Below, one piece after another: positions 26,661 to 40,165 of a stretch of 64,000 nucleotides of DNA. Location of the stretch: positions 139,624,001-139,688,000 of the forward strand of contig OZ024742.1 of assembly GCA_964016885.1 (NCBI GenBank), in the 5' to 3' direction. The stretch's first letter is position 1. Every line of letters starts with the position of its first letter. Made by a program: the position numbers and the translations under genes. The notes below the pieces were generated by a model that saw only the letters and a list, made by a program, of their open reading frames with translations, did no database searches and had not been told where the DNA came from. This stretch comes from Eledone cirrhosa (lineage: Eukaryota).

Positions 26661-27644
26661 CTGACAACAAAAATCAAAATTTATAATTATGTAATACATC
26701 ATAAAATGTTTTCTGTATAGGAAAACTATATTTTTTCCTACTAAACTAATTTGAAAGAAAAGACCAGAATTGATATTAAGAAGAATGTTCAGAGAGCGAG
26801 AAACAGAGAATTAGTCAGAGAGAGAACGAGGGAGAGTGAAGGTGAGAGATGAATGTAGTTAGAGAAAGAAAGAGGGTGGGGGTATTCAGTGAGAGAAAGA
26901 GGAAAGCAAAAGCCAATCATGAACATAACTAAATACATTTCAATGACTTTGGGAAAGGCATAAACATCACGAGTCCATTTTCCCATGCAAAGTCCAATAT
27001 TGTTAGTGTAAGGAGAGAAAGAAAAATATTTCTAAACCTTTTTAAAGGCTTTTTTTTTTTGGTATATAGAGTATGTATGTAACACCTGAAGGAGTCATAG
27101 GTACAACATATTGACATACAGCGTTTCTAGGTCATTGTTAAACCCGGCGGAGCCCATTTCTTCCAGAGAAGGATAAAGAGTGAGAGAAAGATGAGAAAAA
27201 GATATAGAAGAAGAATTGACCCCCATGCTAAACTGGTATTTTTTGATAAAGCTTGAATGGATGAAAGGCAATGTTGACCTCTGCTGAATTTGAACTCAGA
27301 GAGCAGATACGAATACCACAAAGCATTATATCTGACATTCTAACAACTCTGTGAATTTGCTGCCTACCGTATATAGGGTAAAGCTATTTTAATGACTAGT
27401 ACCCAAATTAAATTGCAGCTTAGTGTCTAGAATTAGAGGAAGGAAGGGAATTCCAAATAGTCTGTAGATCCTTGCTGTGACTGCCGTGTTTTTTAGGTTT
27501 ATGAAGCCTGTAATGTATTTATCTGTGAATTATTAGAGATGTGGACAGTTTCTGAAGATCAACTCAACAATAAGTGAAGTTCAGGTGAAATGGTTCATCT
27601 TTTTCAATTTATGGGGAAATTGGTAAATAAAACATATAGATAAT

Positions 27645-28390
27645 AGTTTCTTATTTCGGCACAAAGCAAACAAATTTTTTTGGGGGGGAGGGGGGGGGGG
27701 GGGAGTCGATTAAATCGACCTAAGTGCACCACAGGTACTTTATTTGATCGACCTTGTAAGGATGAAAGGTAAAGCAAACCTCGACAGGATTTGGACTCAG
27801 AACGTAAAGGACCATAACAATACGCCGAAAAGTATGTTGTCCAATCGTCTACCGATATTATCAATCCACTGCTGTTGGATAGGTGAGAAATAATGGTTTC
27901 TGATTTGGGCACAGGGTAAACAATTTTCGGGGGGAAAGGGGCAAGTCGATTAAATCGACCCTAGTACATTACTGGTACTTTATTTTATCGATTCCATAAG
28001 GATGAAAGGAAAAGCTAACCTCGGTGGAGAATTTGAACCCAGAATGTAAAGGACCATAACTACATGCCACAAATCATGTTGTCCAACGCTCTACTAATAC
28101 TGCTAACCCACTACCCTTAGGTGGGTGATAAATCATAAAAATCAGTTTGCATCAAGCATTCTAGAGAGGTGGTGGTAGAGTTAACATATTCAAAAAGGTC
28201 ACAAAACTTGTTGGGTGGATCTAGTATGGTTAAAATGTACTCTACAAGAGGTTAATTCAGGATTGAATTATTTATTTATTATTTATTTGAGGTTGACTTT
28301 GCCTTTCATCCTTACGGGGTCGATAAAATAAAGTACCAGTAATGCACTGGGTAATTGCTGGCCTTGTGCCAAAAGTAGAAACAATTATTT
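27645..28390. mobile_element. tRNA-derived SINE cluster (two minus-strand copies and one plus-strand 3' half)
   Basis: Same SINE core and B box as the other copies. Confidence 0.8.
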
Positions 28391-28519
28391 ATTTATTTAT
28401 TTATTAGCAAGAAACAGGGAAACTCAGTCCATCTTTTTTCCTCTTTATTTCACGTTGCTCCAGTCCACTCAGCTGGCAAAATTGAGTTGTACATGTAATT
28501 TGAAGGGCCAGCCTTGTGT

Positions 28520-29075
28520 CGTCTTACCCCCACCATCACTATCGTCATCACCACCATCATCACCATTGTTAGTCTTACCCCTACCACCACTACTGTCATC
28601 ATCACCATCACCACCATCACCAACATTGTCACTCTTAACCCCACCACCACCATCATCATCATCAAACCACCATCACCACCATTGTCACCCTTACCCCCAC
28701 CACCCTACCGTATCACCACCATCACCACCATTGTCACACTTACCCCCCACTACCATACCACCATCACCACCATTGTCACACTTACCCCCCACTACCATAC
28801 CACCATCACCACCATTGTCAGCCTTACCCCCCCCCCAACCACCATCACCACCATTGTCAGCCTTACCCACCCACCACCTCCATTGTCACCCTTACCCCCG
28901 CCACCACCACCATCACCACTATCACCACCATTGTCAGCCTTACCCCCACCACCACTACCGTCATCACCACCATTAGCCTTAGCCCCACCACTACCACCAC
29001 CACCATTGTCAGCCTTAACCCCCACCACCATTGTCAGCCTTACCCCCACCACCACTACCGTCATCATCATCAAAT
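28520..29075. repeat. CAC-rich minisatellite (ccaccattgtcagccttacccc-type units)
   Basis: Repeated units; the Pro/Thr/His-rich ORFs here are by-products. Confidence 0.85.
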
Positions 29076-29268
29076 ACTAATTGCTGATAATTACACGTTA
29101 ACTGGAACAACATTGATCATCTTTAATTGAGTAATTTCTGTTACTTTCTGTTAATCAAATTATAACACATATTTTCATTAACACACACACACACACACAT
29201 ACATACATGATGATGGCTGCCCCCTCGTTATCGAGTATGGCCATTGCACGAGAAAAAAAAGAAAGAAA

Positions 29269-29307
<39 letters not shown>

Positions 29308-29407
29308 TACATATATATACATATATACATATATATACATATATATATATATATACATATATACACATACATATATATTAACAACAACAACAACAACAAT
29401 AATATAC

Positions 29408-29439
<32 letters not shown>

Positions 29440-30407
29440 GAAAGCAACTAACAGCGCTGCGATCGAATGTGGCTTTTTAGCCCAGCCAATGATCTAAAAT
29501 GTCTTGCATAGAGTCGGCAACCAAAACATTCACTGGGAATAGTCAGCTGTGGTTGGAGTTCATTCATGCATGCATGCATGCAGGCATGCATACATGCATA
29601 CATACATGCATGCATACATACATGCATACATACATGGTGGCTGCCAACTCATTTTCGAGTACGGCCACTACTTTATATCCATGTAGGAGAACCCCTACCG
29701 ATGCGCTGAACGAGTGAGTGAACATACATACATACATACATACATACATACATACATACATACATACATACATACATGATGATGGCTGCCCCCTTATCGA
29801 GTATGGCCATTGCACGATATACCATTATTAATAACTATCAATTAATTCTATCGTGCAATGCCTGTGCGTGAAGGTATTTTTTAAAGTGAGGAAAGACTGT
29901 GCACTGAGCCAATCCCACTCTCTGAGCGACAGTAGCTATAACCCGAAAAGAAGAAAAGATCAACATCATCGGTAACTACTGAGCTGCAGGTTTTATATCG
30001 GAGTTATCCCAGTTTCCTGAGTTGCCTTCTCCTAGAAGAATGCCCTGACAAAGGCTAGGGGTCCTTCACTTCAAGTGGTTTAACCGCGCGGTACATGTGT
30101 ATAGACATATTTACACACTTTCAGATGGCCGTTGACTCTTATGAATTCTTCCGCCCTTTGTCAGGTTTTGTTTTTTGTCCTGCATGGTGTCCAAAATCAC
30201 CCTCCTCACCAAGTAAACTTGGTGGGGTTGCCGGTTTAGTCGCCGACGACCCGACCATTTGACAGGTTGTACTGGATTACATGTTACCAGTAGCACTCAA
30301 GAGTGACCCGACATACATACATACATACATACATACAAACATATCCTCCATTTCCAACACAATATAACTGTGTACAATTGCCACCTGTGTTTTGTTTGTT
30401 CATTTTC

Positions 30408-30440
<33 letters not shown>

Positions 30441-30441
<1 letters not shown>

Positions 30442-30750
30442 TGGCACTCCATCGGTTACGACGACGAGTGTTTCAGTTGATACGATAAACGCAACAGCAT
30501 GCTCGTGAAATTGGCTGAGCATTCCACAGGCAAGCGTACCCTTAAAGTAGTTCCCAGGAAGATTCAGCGTGACACAGAATGTGACAAGGCTGGCCCTTCG
30601 AATTACAGGTGCAACTCATATTTGCCAGCTGAGTGGACTGGAGCAACGTAAAATAAAGTGTCTTGCTCAAGGACATCGCTGTACCGGGAATCGAACTCAC
30701 GCCCTTACGATTGTGAGCCGAATATTCTAAACACAAAGCCAAGCGTCTTC
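30441..30750 (-). mobile_element. Second tRNA-derived SINE family (CORE-like centre)
   Basis: Minus strand GAGTTCGATTCC B box then CCTTGAGCAAGACACTT; related fragments at about 21240, 28443 and 31430. Confidence 0.8.
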
Positions 30751-30840
30751 ACACACACAAGCTAAAAAAACAGCGCGAGACAGAATAAGTAGTATATTTA
30801 TATAGTTAATAGTGGCCATGTAAGTATAATGCTTATATAT

Positions 30841-31021
30841 AATTGTTTCTACTTTAGGCACAAGGCCAGCAATTACCCAGTGCATTACTGGTACTTTATT
30901 TTATCGACCCCGTAAGGATGAAAGGCAAAGTCAACCTCGGCGGGATTTGAACTCAGATCGTAAAGGGACGTAACTATGCTGGAAAGCATGGCGTCCGACC
31001 CTCTACCGATACTGCCAATCA
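30841..31021 (-). mobile_element. tRNA-derived SINE close to the consensus of the other copies
   Basis: A and B boxes and core; degenerate flanking duplication taagtataatgctt / taagtatgatactt. Confidence 0.9.
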
Positions 31022-31853
31022 CTATATAAGTATGATACTTTCTGCAAAATATTAGATATGTGGTTTCCTACGATAATAGCAGAATGCAACCGCTCCGAGA
31101 TCTTGAAGTTTTAGCTTCAATTTTTTTTATAGAGGGATCATAGAGCTGCATAGTCGTTATATTATACATTAAGCTCTTTTGTGATATATATAGAGAGGGG
31201 GTGGAGAAAGAAAAAAGGGAAGAAAGAAATAAAGAAATAAATAGAAACAATAGATGTAAATACTGCACACTTACAACGAAAATATTTCTTTGGTGCAGTA
31301 ATTAACTAAGAGCTGAATAAATATGAAAAACCTCGGGTTTACTTGGTGCATGTAAGTCAATGAGATACTTGAAAATATAAACAACCTACATATAGAAATA
31401 AATTTGTCGTATTATCTATAATTTTTCTATAGTGGTGACTCGTTGTTTAGTGGTTAGAGGATTGGATTCGCCATCATGAGATTGCGAGTTCGATTCCCAG
31501 ATGGGCGATATGTTATGTCTTTGAGCAAGAAACTTTATTTCAAGTTTCTCTTTCTACCAGATGTTGCGACCGGTACATAGTATGAACAATAGAAAGACCA
31601 ATGAAAACATTGTTTCGTTGGTCCGATTTAACGAGTTTCACCCCAATCAGTAACTCTGGCAACTTGTCAGTCGATTCCCTTAGAATGTTTCCGGACACGT
31701 TCATGTTATAAAAGTGAGACATTCGTAGAAATTAGCTGACCCCGTGGAAATTCCTGGGTTTAATTAGAAACATCCACCGAGTATTAAATATCACTATAGC
31801 ATACTCTTAATTTGAGGATAAACAAAATTTTTGCACAGCTTAAAAAATATTAC

Positions 31854-32009
31854 CTCGTTTCACAACTCGATAACGAAACTCGAACCCCGAACCAGTATTT
31901 TCATGATTCGAGTGAAAATATATGAAAGCATAACGGCCGACAATATTCCGTATTTGAACACTCTGTCCACATCGGTGATCAACCAGTTCTCCATTTTCAC
32001 GATTTAAAC
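31854..32009 (-). CDS. Multi-CUB gene, CUB1 exon C (GLNRENGELVDHRCGQSVQIRNIVGRYAFIYFHSNHENTGSGFEFRYRVVKR)
   Basis: tatgtag acceptor, gtaata donor, 156 nt, phase 1-1. Confidence 0.9.
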
Positions 32010-33057
32010 CTACATAATTAAAATGGTTAAAATACATGATTAAAGGAAAAACTTACATTATAACTTGTCACATTCAAACAAGAGAAAGTTTACATAGTGA
32101 CGTGCCCTGCTAGAAATAAGGAAAAAATATAGCTTAGACTCATTGTGGAGGTCTTAGCTTGAAAAAGACAACAAAACTAATAACAAAAGAAAAAAACGCT
32201 AACTCTTTAACTGTAATAATACCAACAAATGCGCTCTCAACTTTAAAGATGTAATGCATCACTATATAGTGATCACTAATAACGATTCTAAATCCTGTCA
32301 GAATGGCTTCAAACATCTTTAAATTTTGATTCTATTCTCACACGAAGTTCTTTAAAACCTTGACAAGAGGAAACATATTTTGGCATACGCCAAGTCTTAA
32401 ATGTAACATACCACATCCTTGCACCCCAAACGGAATATACATTCTAAAGGAAAAGTATTTTGGAGGAACAATAAATCCTTTAATCTTTGTACCATGGATG
32501 ATGTATTGGTTCTAGTATAAAAGTTTAGCTTCTAATTGGCTTTGGTTTAATAAATGTATTAGTTACGAGTTAGGCACTCGATGGTCTTATCCACTGGGTG
32601 TTTTGTTTTGGGGTGTATTATTTACGTATAGGGATATTCAGTGATTACTTTACGATTGCTCTTGGTGTATCTACGTTTAGATTTAGTTGTATGACAGTCC
32701 TATGTGTTTATTTACTTACATATATGTTTTGTTAAAATTAATTTAATCAACTGCTATTATCACTTGCATTCATAGATAATTTTGGTTAAAGAAAATATGT
32801 GTTACCAACCATCGCTTTCACCAAAATACGACACTTTACCCACCAGAATATTGCCCCTATACCCTCCTTCTATACCTGTTAACTAGTTGAGTATATGTCC
32901 TTTCGTTCTCTTATATGTTCCTTGTGTTTGTATGATGCCACTCAATGTAATCGTATCCTGAATCAAATGGTTGCGAAGTGATGTTTTTGTAACGACATAA
33001 CTACACCTTTGGCTATTCCGTTAATAAGTCGATTGTAGTTAAAAACATCAAACTCAC

Positions 33058-33182
33058 CGTTGTATACTTGCACATAGTCTTCACTGCATCCGTCTGACAA
33101 ATCGATATCTATTCGTGTCCATTCAATTTCAATTGCCAAATCTTTGCCCCCAGAAAAGATCTGCCAACTACATGTCTGATTA
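33058..33182 (-). CDS. Multi-CUB gene, CUB1 exon B (NQTCSWQIFSGGKDLAIEIEWTRIDIDLSDGCSEDYVQVYN)
   Basis: tattcag acceptor, gtgagt donor, 125 nt, phase 2-1. Confidence 0.92.
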
Positions 33183-34406
33183 CTGAATATAAAAAACAAC
33201 AACAACAATGAAGTAAATATACAATAAAACAGATTGAAATAAACTGTAACTTCTTTAAGCAAGAGTGACAAATAATTTAAATATGGCATGATATGGCCCT
33301 GTAACTCCCGAGGGAGTGGTAAGGACGCCATATTGACATAGAGCGTTTCAAGGGATTTTTAAAAAATCTAATGGAGCCCATCTCTCCAGGTCTGAATACA
33401 GCAGATTTCTTCCAGAGACAGAGAGAGAATGAGAATGGAAGTGAGGAAGAGATATATAGGAGGAATCGACCACTACACTAGACTGCCACGTATTTTATCG
33501 ACCGAGAATGGATGAAAGATAAGTTGACCTTAGATATCAATATCCACTAATTGATTATTAGCACTGATGACCATAGCATATTACAGAGGACTGATAAATT
33601 GTCTCCTAAATTGTAGGTCAGTCATTTTACAGTTTAAATTGTTACTGGACAATTTTCTGATAGCTAGATGAGCAGAATAAAATGTTTCAATTACAGAACA
33701 AAATGAACTGCAGGTATATATATATGCGTTTAAATTTGGTGGTTTACCACTGGGTAGAATTGGTCATTCAGCAATGTTTATTTTGGATAAATCTGAATGT
33801 CCCATGATAGCACTGCAATTTTGAAATATCTTACGTTCCAGAGACACGCTACATTCAACAACGCGATTAGAAGGGCAACTTCTAATATATTGTCTGATCT
33901 GTTAAAACCTGCCGCCAAGTCTCACTCAAAAGACATCTTACAATCATAAAAAGGAAATGATATAGAATTCTCTACCTTAAATGATAGGATGGGAAGCCTT
34001 TAAACATATATTATCTCGATATTGATTGAGTTAATTATTTTACATTACTCCGGTGTAAACATACCAGCCTGCGTACTTCGTCGAGTGCTCCAATCTGCAT
34101 ACTGAGGTGTCGGTAAACAACCAGCATATACTCAAAATATTTATATGTATGTGTACGTATGTCTATTCCTATCTATGAATATATATATATACAAATATAG
34201 AGAAAATGTGAAGTTAAAAATAGCACGGAAAATATATTTAAGGGTCTGGTTTTCTTTTTTGATTCGTCAGTGACATTATTGAAAAGATAACATTGTTGAA
34301 AAAATAAGAGGGACAATTCTTTTTAAAAAAAGTTTTATAATGTATATAAAGTATGGAAAGTATGGCGGGATGGGGGAAGTAAAGAAGACTATAATGTATA
34401 TAATGT

Positions 34407-36807
34407 ATGGAAAGTATGGCGGGATGGGGGAAGTAGAGAAGACTATCAAGTGGCCAGGAGGGAAGCTAGGAGACAAGTGTACTTAGCAAGAAGGGAAGCT
34501 GAGGAAAGAAAGTTCAAGCATGTTCTACAACGCGATGACCAAAAACGTGAGGTGTTCAGGATTGCTAGGCAATGCGTCAAGGAAAACCGTGATATTGTCG
34601 GGGAGAAGTGTGTACTAAACGACGATGGCACACTTGCCATCACCGACGCTGATAAGAAGGTAGCTTGGAAGTGTCACTATGAAAGGCTACTAAATGAGGA
34701 GAATAAATGGGAGAAAGACAGTCTCCCCCATATCGACCCAATAGAGGGACCAGCAGTGTTAGTCGAGGGGAGTATGATAAGTAAGGTAATCAAGGATATG
34801 AAGACGAGTAAGGCGGCTGGGCCTTCGGAAATAGTTGCTGAGATGCTGAAGGCATCTGGCACGGTGGGACACACCATGGTCACCCGCATAGTTAACCAAG
34901 TCGTACAGAATGGGGTTGTTCCGAAGGACTGGCATAGCAGCATCATCGTTAACTGTTATAAGGGTAAAGGAGACGCCCTAGATAGGAGTAACTATAGAGG
35001 CATTAAATTAATCGACCAGGTCATGAAGGTCACGGAAAAAGTAATAGCACAACTAATCAGAGAGAGAATTGACCTAGATGAAATGCAGTTCGGGTTTGTG
35101 TCAGGCAAAAGTACCACAGACGCTCTTTTCATTGTACGACAACTACAGGAGAAGTACCTAGCTAAAGGTAAACCCCTCTACTTAGCTTTTGTCGACTTGG
35201 AGAAAGCCTTCGACAGAGTCCCCCGCTCCATTATCTGGTGGGCTCTTAGAAAACTAGGCGTTGACGAATGGCTTGTGAGAGCTATACAAGCCATGTATAA
35301 TGAAACAGTCAGCAAGGTTAGAATTAACAACGAATATAGTGAAGAGTTTAGCGTAAAAGTTGGCGTCCAACAGGGCTCTGTTCTCAGCCCCCTACTATTT
35401 ATTATTGCCCTTCAGGCTATAACGGAGGAGTTCAAGACCGGCTGCCCATGGGAACTCCTATACGCAGACGACCTGACACTCATAGCGGAATCAATGGCCG
35501 AGCTAGAGAAGAAATTCCAAACATGGAAGCACGGCCTAGAATCAAAAGGCCTTAAAATTAACCTGGCTAAGACTAAAGTTCTAGTTTGTAGGAAAGAAAA
35601 TAAGGCGGCGGTCCCTTCGGGGAAATGGTCGTGCTCGGTGTGTAGGAAAGGCGTAGGTAGAAACTCCATTTTATGTCCTAAATGCAAAGTATGGGTGCAT
35701 AAAAGATGTAGTGGGATCACAGGTAAGCTAACTAAGAACATAGATTTTACATGTGGCCGGTGCTCTGGTGCAATAAGTAGCAGCAAGTGCCCACAAAATA
35801 CTAGCTCTTTCAATTGCGCAGAGGGTTCTATAGAAATAGTGGACAGCTTCCGTTACCTGGGTGATAAAATCAGCAGTGGGGGAGGGTGCTCTGAAAGTAC
35901 AGTAGCTAGAGTCAGAACTGGTTGGAAAAAGTTCAGAGAGCTTATACCACTATTAGCTGCTAAAGGGTTCTCCCTAAAAATGAAAGGCAGGTTGTACGAT
36001 GCCTGCATACGAACAGCAATGTTGCATGGCAGTGAGACCTGGGCATTGTGTGCAGAGGATATACGCAGACTAGAGAGGAACGAAGCTTGCATGCTCCGCT
36101 GGATGTGTAACAGTAATATACGTGAACGGCAAAGCATAAACGAACTAAGGAAAAAATTAGAGATAAGAGGGATCAGATGTTGTTTACTCGAGAGAAGGCT
36201 ACGTTGGTATGGACACGTGATGCGCATGAAAGTCGATAGCTGTATAACAAAGTGCAGGGCAATAAAGATAGACGGTAGCCACGGAATAGGCAGACCTAGA
36301 AAAACCTGGGACGAGCTGATAAACTCTGACCTCACACACTTACACCTCTCCAAGACAATGTCACTGGACCGAGACCTTTGGCGGTACTCAGTAACAGAGA
36401 AGACCCGCCTTACCTAACTACATAGTAAAACCTACTACAGCCAGTAGGCATCTCTAACAAAATACTCCCCCCCCCCGTCCCATCCACGCCACCCCGTTCT
36501 ATGTAAAGTTGTGTTGGTGCCACACCATCCAGGCCGAAACAAATGAGATCGCGTAGGTGTCACGACAAAAAAACACACAGTCCACGCTGTAATGTGGCCG
36601 TGTAGGCAACACGGTAAAAACCTCCCAGACCCACACTGTAAATGTGGTTGGTGTTAGGAAGGGTATCCAACTGTAGAAAACCTGCCAGACAGTCCTATGC
36701 GAGCAAGACAATCACTCTTGCCTCAAGTGGGACTACCCCCGTCCAAACCCATGCAAGCGTGGAACACGGACGTTAAACGTTGATGATGATGATGATGATG
36801 ATGATGA
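34407..36807 (+). mobile_element. RTE LINE family B, 5'-truncated, with uninterrupted 655-aa ORF (RT + PHD at 35632-35763)
   Basis: NYRGIKL, QFGF, YADD, PHD and FRYLG motifs; (TGA)n tail; 54-bp tandem duplication at the 5' junction. Confidence 0.97.
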
Positions 36808-37789
36808 CAAAGTATATGAAGAATTACCGGTTTCGATGTATTATTAAAATACATTTTATCAAATGTTGAGTATTGAAATAAAAATTAAAAATAATTAATA
36901 GGAGTTAAAAACTAAGGATTTAAAATTAAAATCAAATGTTTGGAGTAAATTTTCTTCCATCCTTCTTGCTCAAAATTTGGTGGTAAGAGAAGGTAGCAGT
37001 AGTTGTGTTTCTTCACAGAAGAAAGTTGTTTGTTGAAAAACATCTTGTGTTTGTGAGTATGTGTGTGTGTCTTATCTTTTTATGTGTCTACGATTTAGTA
37101 AGCAGTCAAAATTCTGCATGCCCCATAGCTGTCGTGTGTTTGTGTGTATGTGTTTGTGTGAATGTGTGTGTTATCTTTTTTTGTGTCTATACGTTTTAGT
37201 AAGCAGCCAAAATTCTGCTTGCTTCAACTGACGCAATTGATCAACTCAAGATTCTATAACGCATACACTGCATGCGTTGCATGCACGGACCCTTCGCCCC
37301 TGATGTGTATGTGTGTGTGTTTTTTCAGTCTGTCTGCACCGTCCCTTTAGCAATACACACATGTGTGTGTGGGGGGGGGGGGGGGGTTCAGCCTGTCTGT
37401 CACAGATCCCTTTGTGGTGGGAAATTAAGAAAATTTTTTTTTCAAAATTCAGAAAATTGTCAAAAATTAAAAACTAAAATCCAAAGGATTCTCAGAATCC
37501 AAAAGTTTAAAAATTAAAAAAATTTTTGCTTTTGAATTTAAAAAAAAAAGCCTGAGTAGAGCAGTAACTTCTGCATTGAGCAATTTTTTCCTCTTATTTT
37601 GTGGTGTGTGTGTATATATATATATATATATAACAATGCACATGTGTGGGGGGAGTGGGTTGTAGTGTGTGTGTGTGTGTCTGTTTCAGCCTGTTTGTCA
37701 CAGATCCCTTTGTGTGGGAAATTAAAAAATTTTTTCCAAAAATTTCAGAAAAGTGTCCAAAACTAAAATGTGGGAGGGGGGAAGGTCTA

Positions 37790-38867
37790 ATGGAGGTGAT
37801 TACATATTTAGTTTTGGTTTAAATTTGTTAATAAATAGTGTTTCCTTATTTATTCTTTGTTGTTGAAAGAATCGGAGCACTTGTAAAGGGGGAAGATTTT
37901 AAAGTTGGGTAGAATCATTCCTGCACAATCTGCTATGTGGCTACTTGAGATTTTCCTTGTGTTTACGTCTCGGATTTGTTGGCGGTGGATGGTCATTCTT
38001 TTGCGTAATGACACCCCCATCTGTCCTATATAGTTATGTCGACAGCAGCCACATGTGATTACATAGATCAGGTTCTCCGAGTTGCAAGTGAATTTGTTTT
38101 TCACTGTGAAAGTTTGGCCATCTTTAAACATGAATTTATGTCCTTCAGTTAAGTATAGGCATGTTCCACAGTTTGTTCTTCCGCATTTTGTTACCGTAAG
38201 GTTGGAGATAGGTTTGTGTATCTTTGTTTCAGTTAGAATGTGTTTTAGTGATTTTGGTTGCTTTTGGCTTTTGATGATCTTGTGTGTTTCTAGAATTTTT
38301 TTCATGTTTGAATGGGGAGGTTTTTGTGTAAGAGGTCGAACATTTCGGTGTTTCTAGGGTTGAACGTGGATACATATGGTAAGGTATTGTTTGTGGTTCT
38401 GTCCTTGGGTTGTTGGGTTGATGAAAATTTGCGTGTTTTGCTTTGTCTATTCCGTCATTATGTAAAGTGGGAAGGCTCTCAAGGTAAGTGTGTTTTTGAG
38501 TTCATTTAGTCTTTGTTCCCGTTTAGCTGGGTTTGATACTATGGTGAATATACATTTGGCTAAATTGAAGGGAATGTTAAGTTTTGTATGTTTTCAAGGT
38601 CGTCCCGTATGTAGCTCTGTATATGTTTTAGTAAGGGCTTTAGTAGGATTTCCAGGAAGTTGCTAAGTTTGTGGGTTTCACGTGCAGGGCCTGCTATAAT
38701 TGGTCTTAGTTTTAAGTCTTCTGGTGGTGTTAATTGTATGTATTTGTTAGTCGAAGTGTCGCATGCATTGCTTATGAGTTTATATTTATGTATCTTTGGT
38801 AAGCCGTAGAAAGCACTTGTATTACATTTGAAATGGCTTATGTATTCAAATTCTTTTGTGGTTAGGC
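37790..38867 (-). mobile_element. Penelope-like element 3' half: RT remnant and GIY-YIG endonuclease
   Basis: ORF 37850-38305 has CGTC...FTCNSENLIYVITCGCCRHNYIGQ...RMTIH; FYGLPKIHK...LRPIIAGP at 38680-38820. Confidence 0.9.
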
Positions 38868-40117
38868 AAGAAGATGTGAACTCCCCTCAAGCTATAGGGA
38901 CTTCTACTGAACATGAAAACACCTCTCGGCCAGACCTCCCTCAAGCTATATGGGCAATAACAACACCCTAGGTTGTGAACTCCCCTCAAGCCACAGGGAA
39001 CAACCCAGGCGGAGCAGACACCATGATAGCCATAATAATTTGGCCAACATCTATAACACAAACACTTTTAATTTACCAGATTTCTGACTTTCAAGTTCCA
39101 ATCTTAAATCTTGATTTCTCTTTATTAATTTGTTATTTGTTTTCTGCCCTCTTCACTGTATCACCTTATATTTATTTTAAGTTGAGATGGATTATAACAC
39201 AAACACATTTAGTTTGAATATCTCATCTTAACATCTTGTCTCATACCAATCTATCCAACATATTCTGACCTTGAGATTGGTTATAGCACACACACACACT
39301 TTATCCTACATTATTTCTCACTTCTCCATATTCATTTTCATTACTCTTTCACCAATCTCTCATTTATTCTTTATTCTCTATTTATTTATTTATTTTCAAA
39401 TTACACAAATTATATTAATTATTTTATTATATTATTTATTTATTTTCTGTTTTCTTCATTTATTGCTTCATATACATGGAAGAACCCCCCCACCCCACCC
39501 CACTACGATGGTGGCAGGAGGGATGAAGAAAAAACACAAACTGGATACTTCTAAATTGTTAGCAGTAGCAGGATATAAGCTGACCACTTCACCAACAACA
39601 GTACCAAAATAATGGTGGAGGTCAAATGTACTGAACAATAGCAGGCAAAAACACTACAGGGAGCCTCACCCCAGAAAGAATTCTATAGACTTCTGACTGA
39701 GGAATGCTCTCAGAACTGACCAATGGGAAGTTTGACACTTTTCTTGTTATTTTGTTCCTCTAACACCTTGTCCCTTCTATCATTTTATCAATTTTTAAGC
39801 TAACTCCAACAATAACAACACTTAGAATGAGGAATGTTCTAATAACTGACCAATGAGAGGAGAAGCGGACCTTTGACACTGAAATTCGTTTGTTTAAATT
39901 CATATGACTCCAGTTCCTCGGTGAATTAACAACCAAACAAGGAACTGGGCATATCAGAGTATTGACAATATTATACACCTAAACAACATATGTACTTGTC
40001 TATACCATACTAATTCAAACTGCCTGAAGAGGTCACAGCCAAAGATGGCTGTCACTGAAATATATATAGCAGTAATAAACGAAGCTAAATTTTAATCATT
40101 TGACTTTTATTTAACTT

Positions 40118-40165
<48 letters not shown>

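Noticed and set aside
28450-29080. Extensin-like or His/Pro-rich ORFs
   Set aside because: Translations of a CAC-rich minisatellite, open in several frames on both strands, with no splice signals.
30215-30310. HDV-like or twister ribozyme in the RTE-5'-UTR-like segment
   Set aside because: Could not build the P1/P3/L3 pseudoknot or a twister core by hand.
34244-34275. Hammerhead core CTGACGA on the minus strand (also one on plus at about 61683)
   Set aside because: Stem II and the cleavage-site/stem I pairing are missing; at most a decayed relic.
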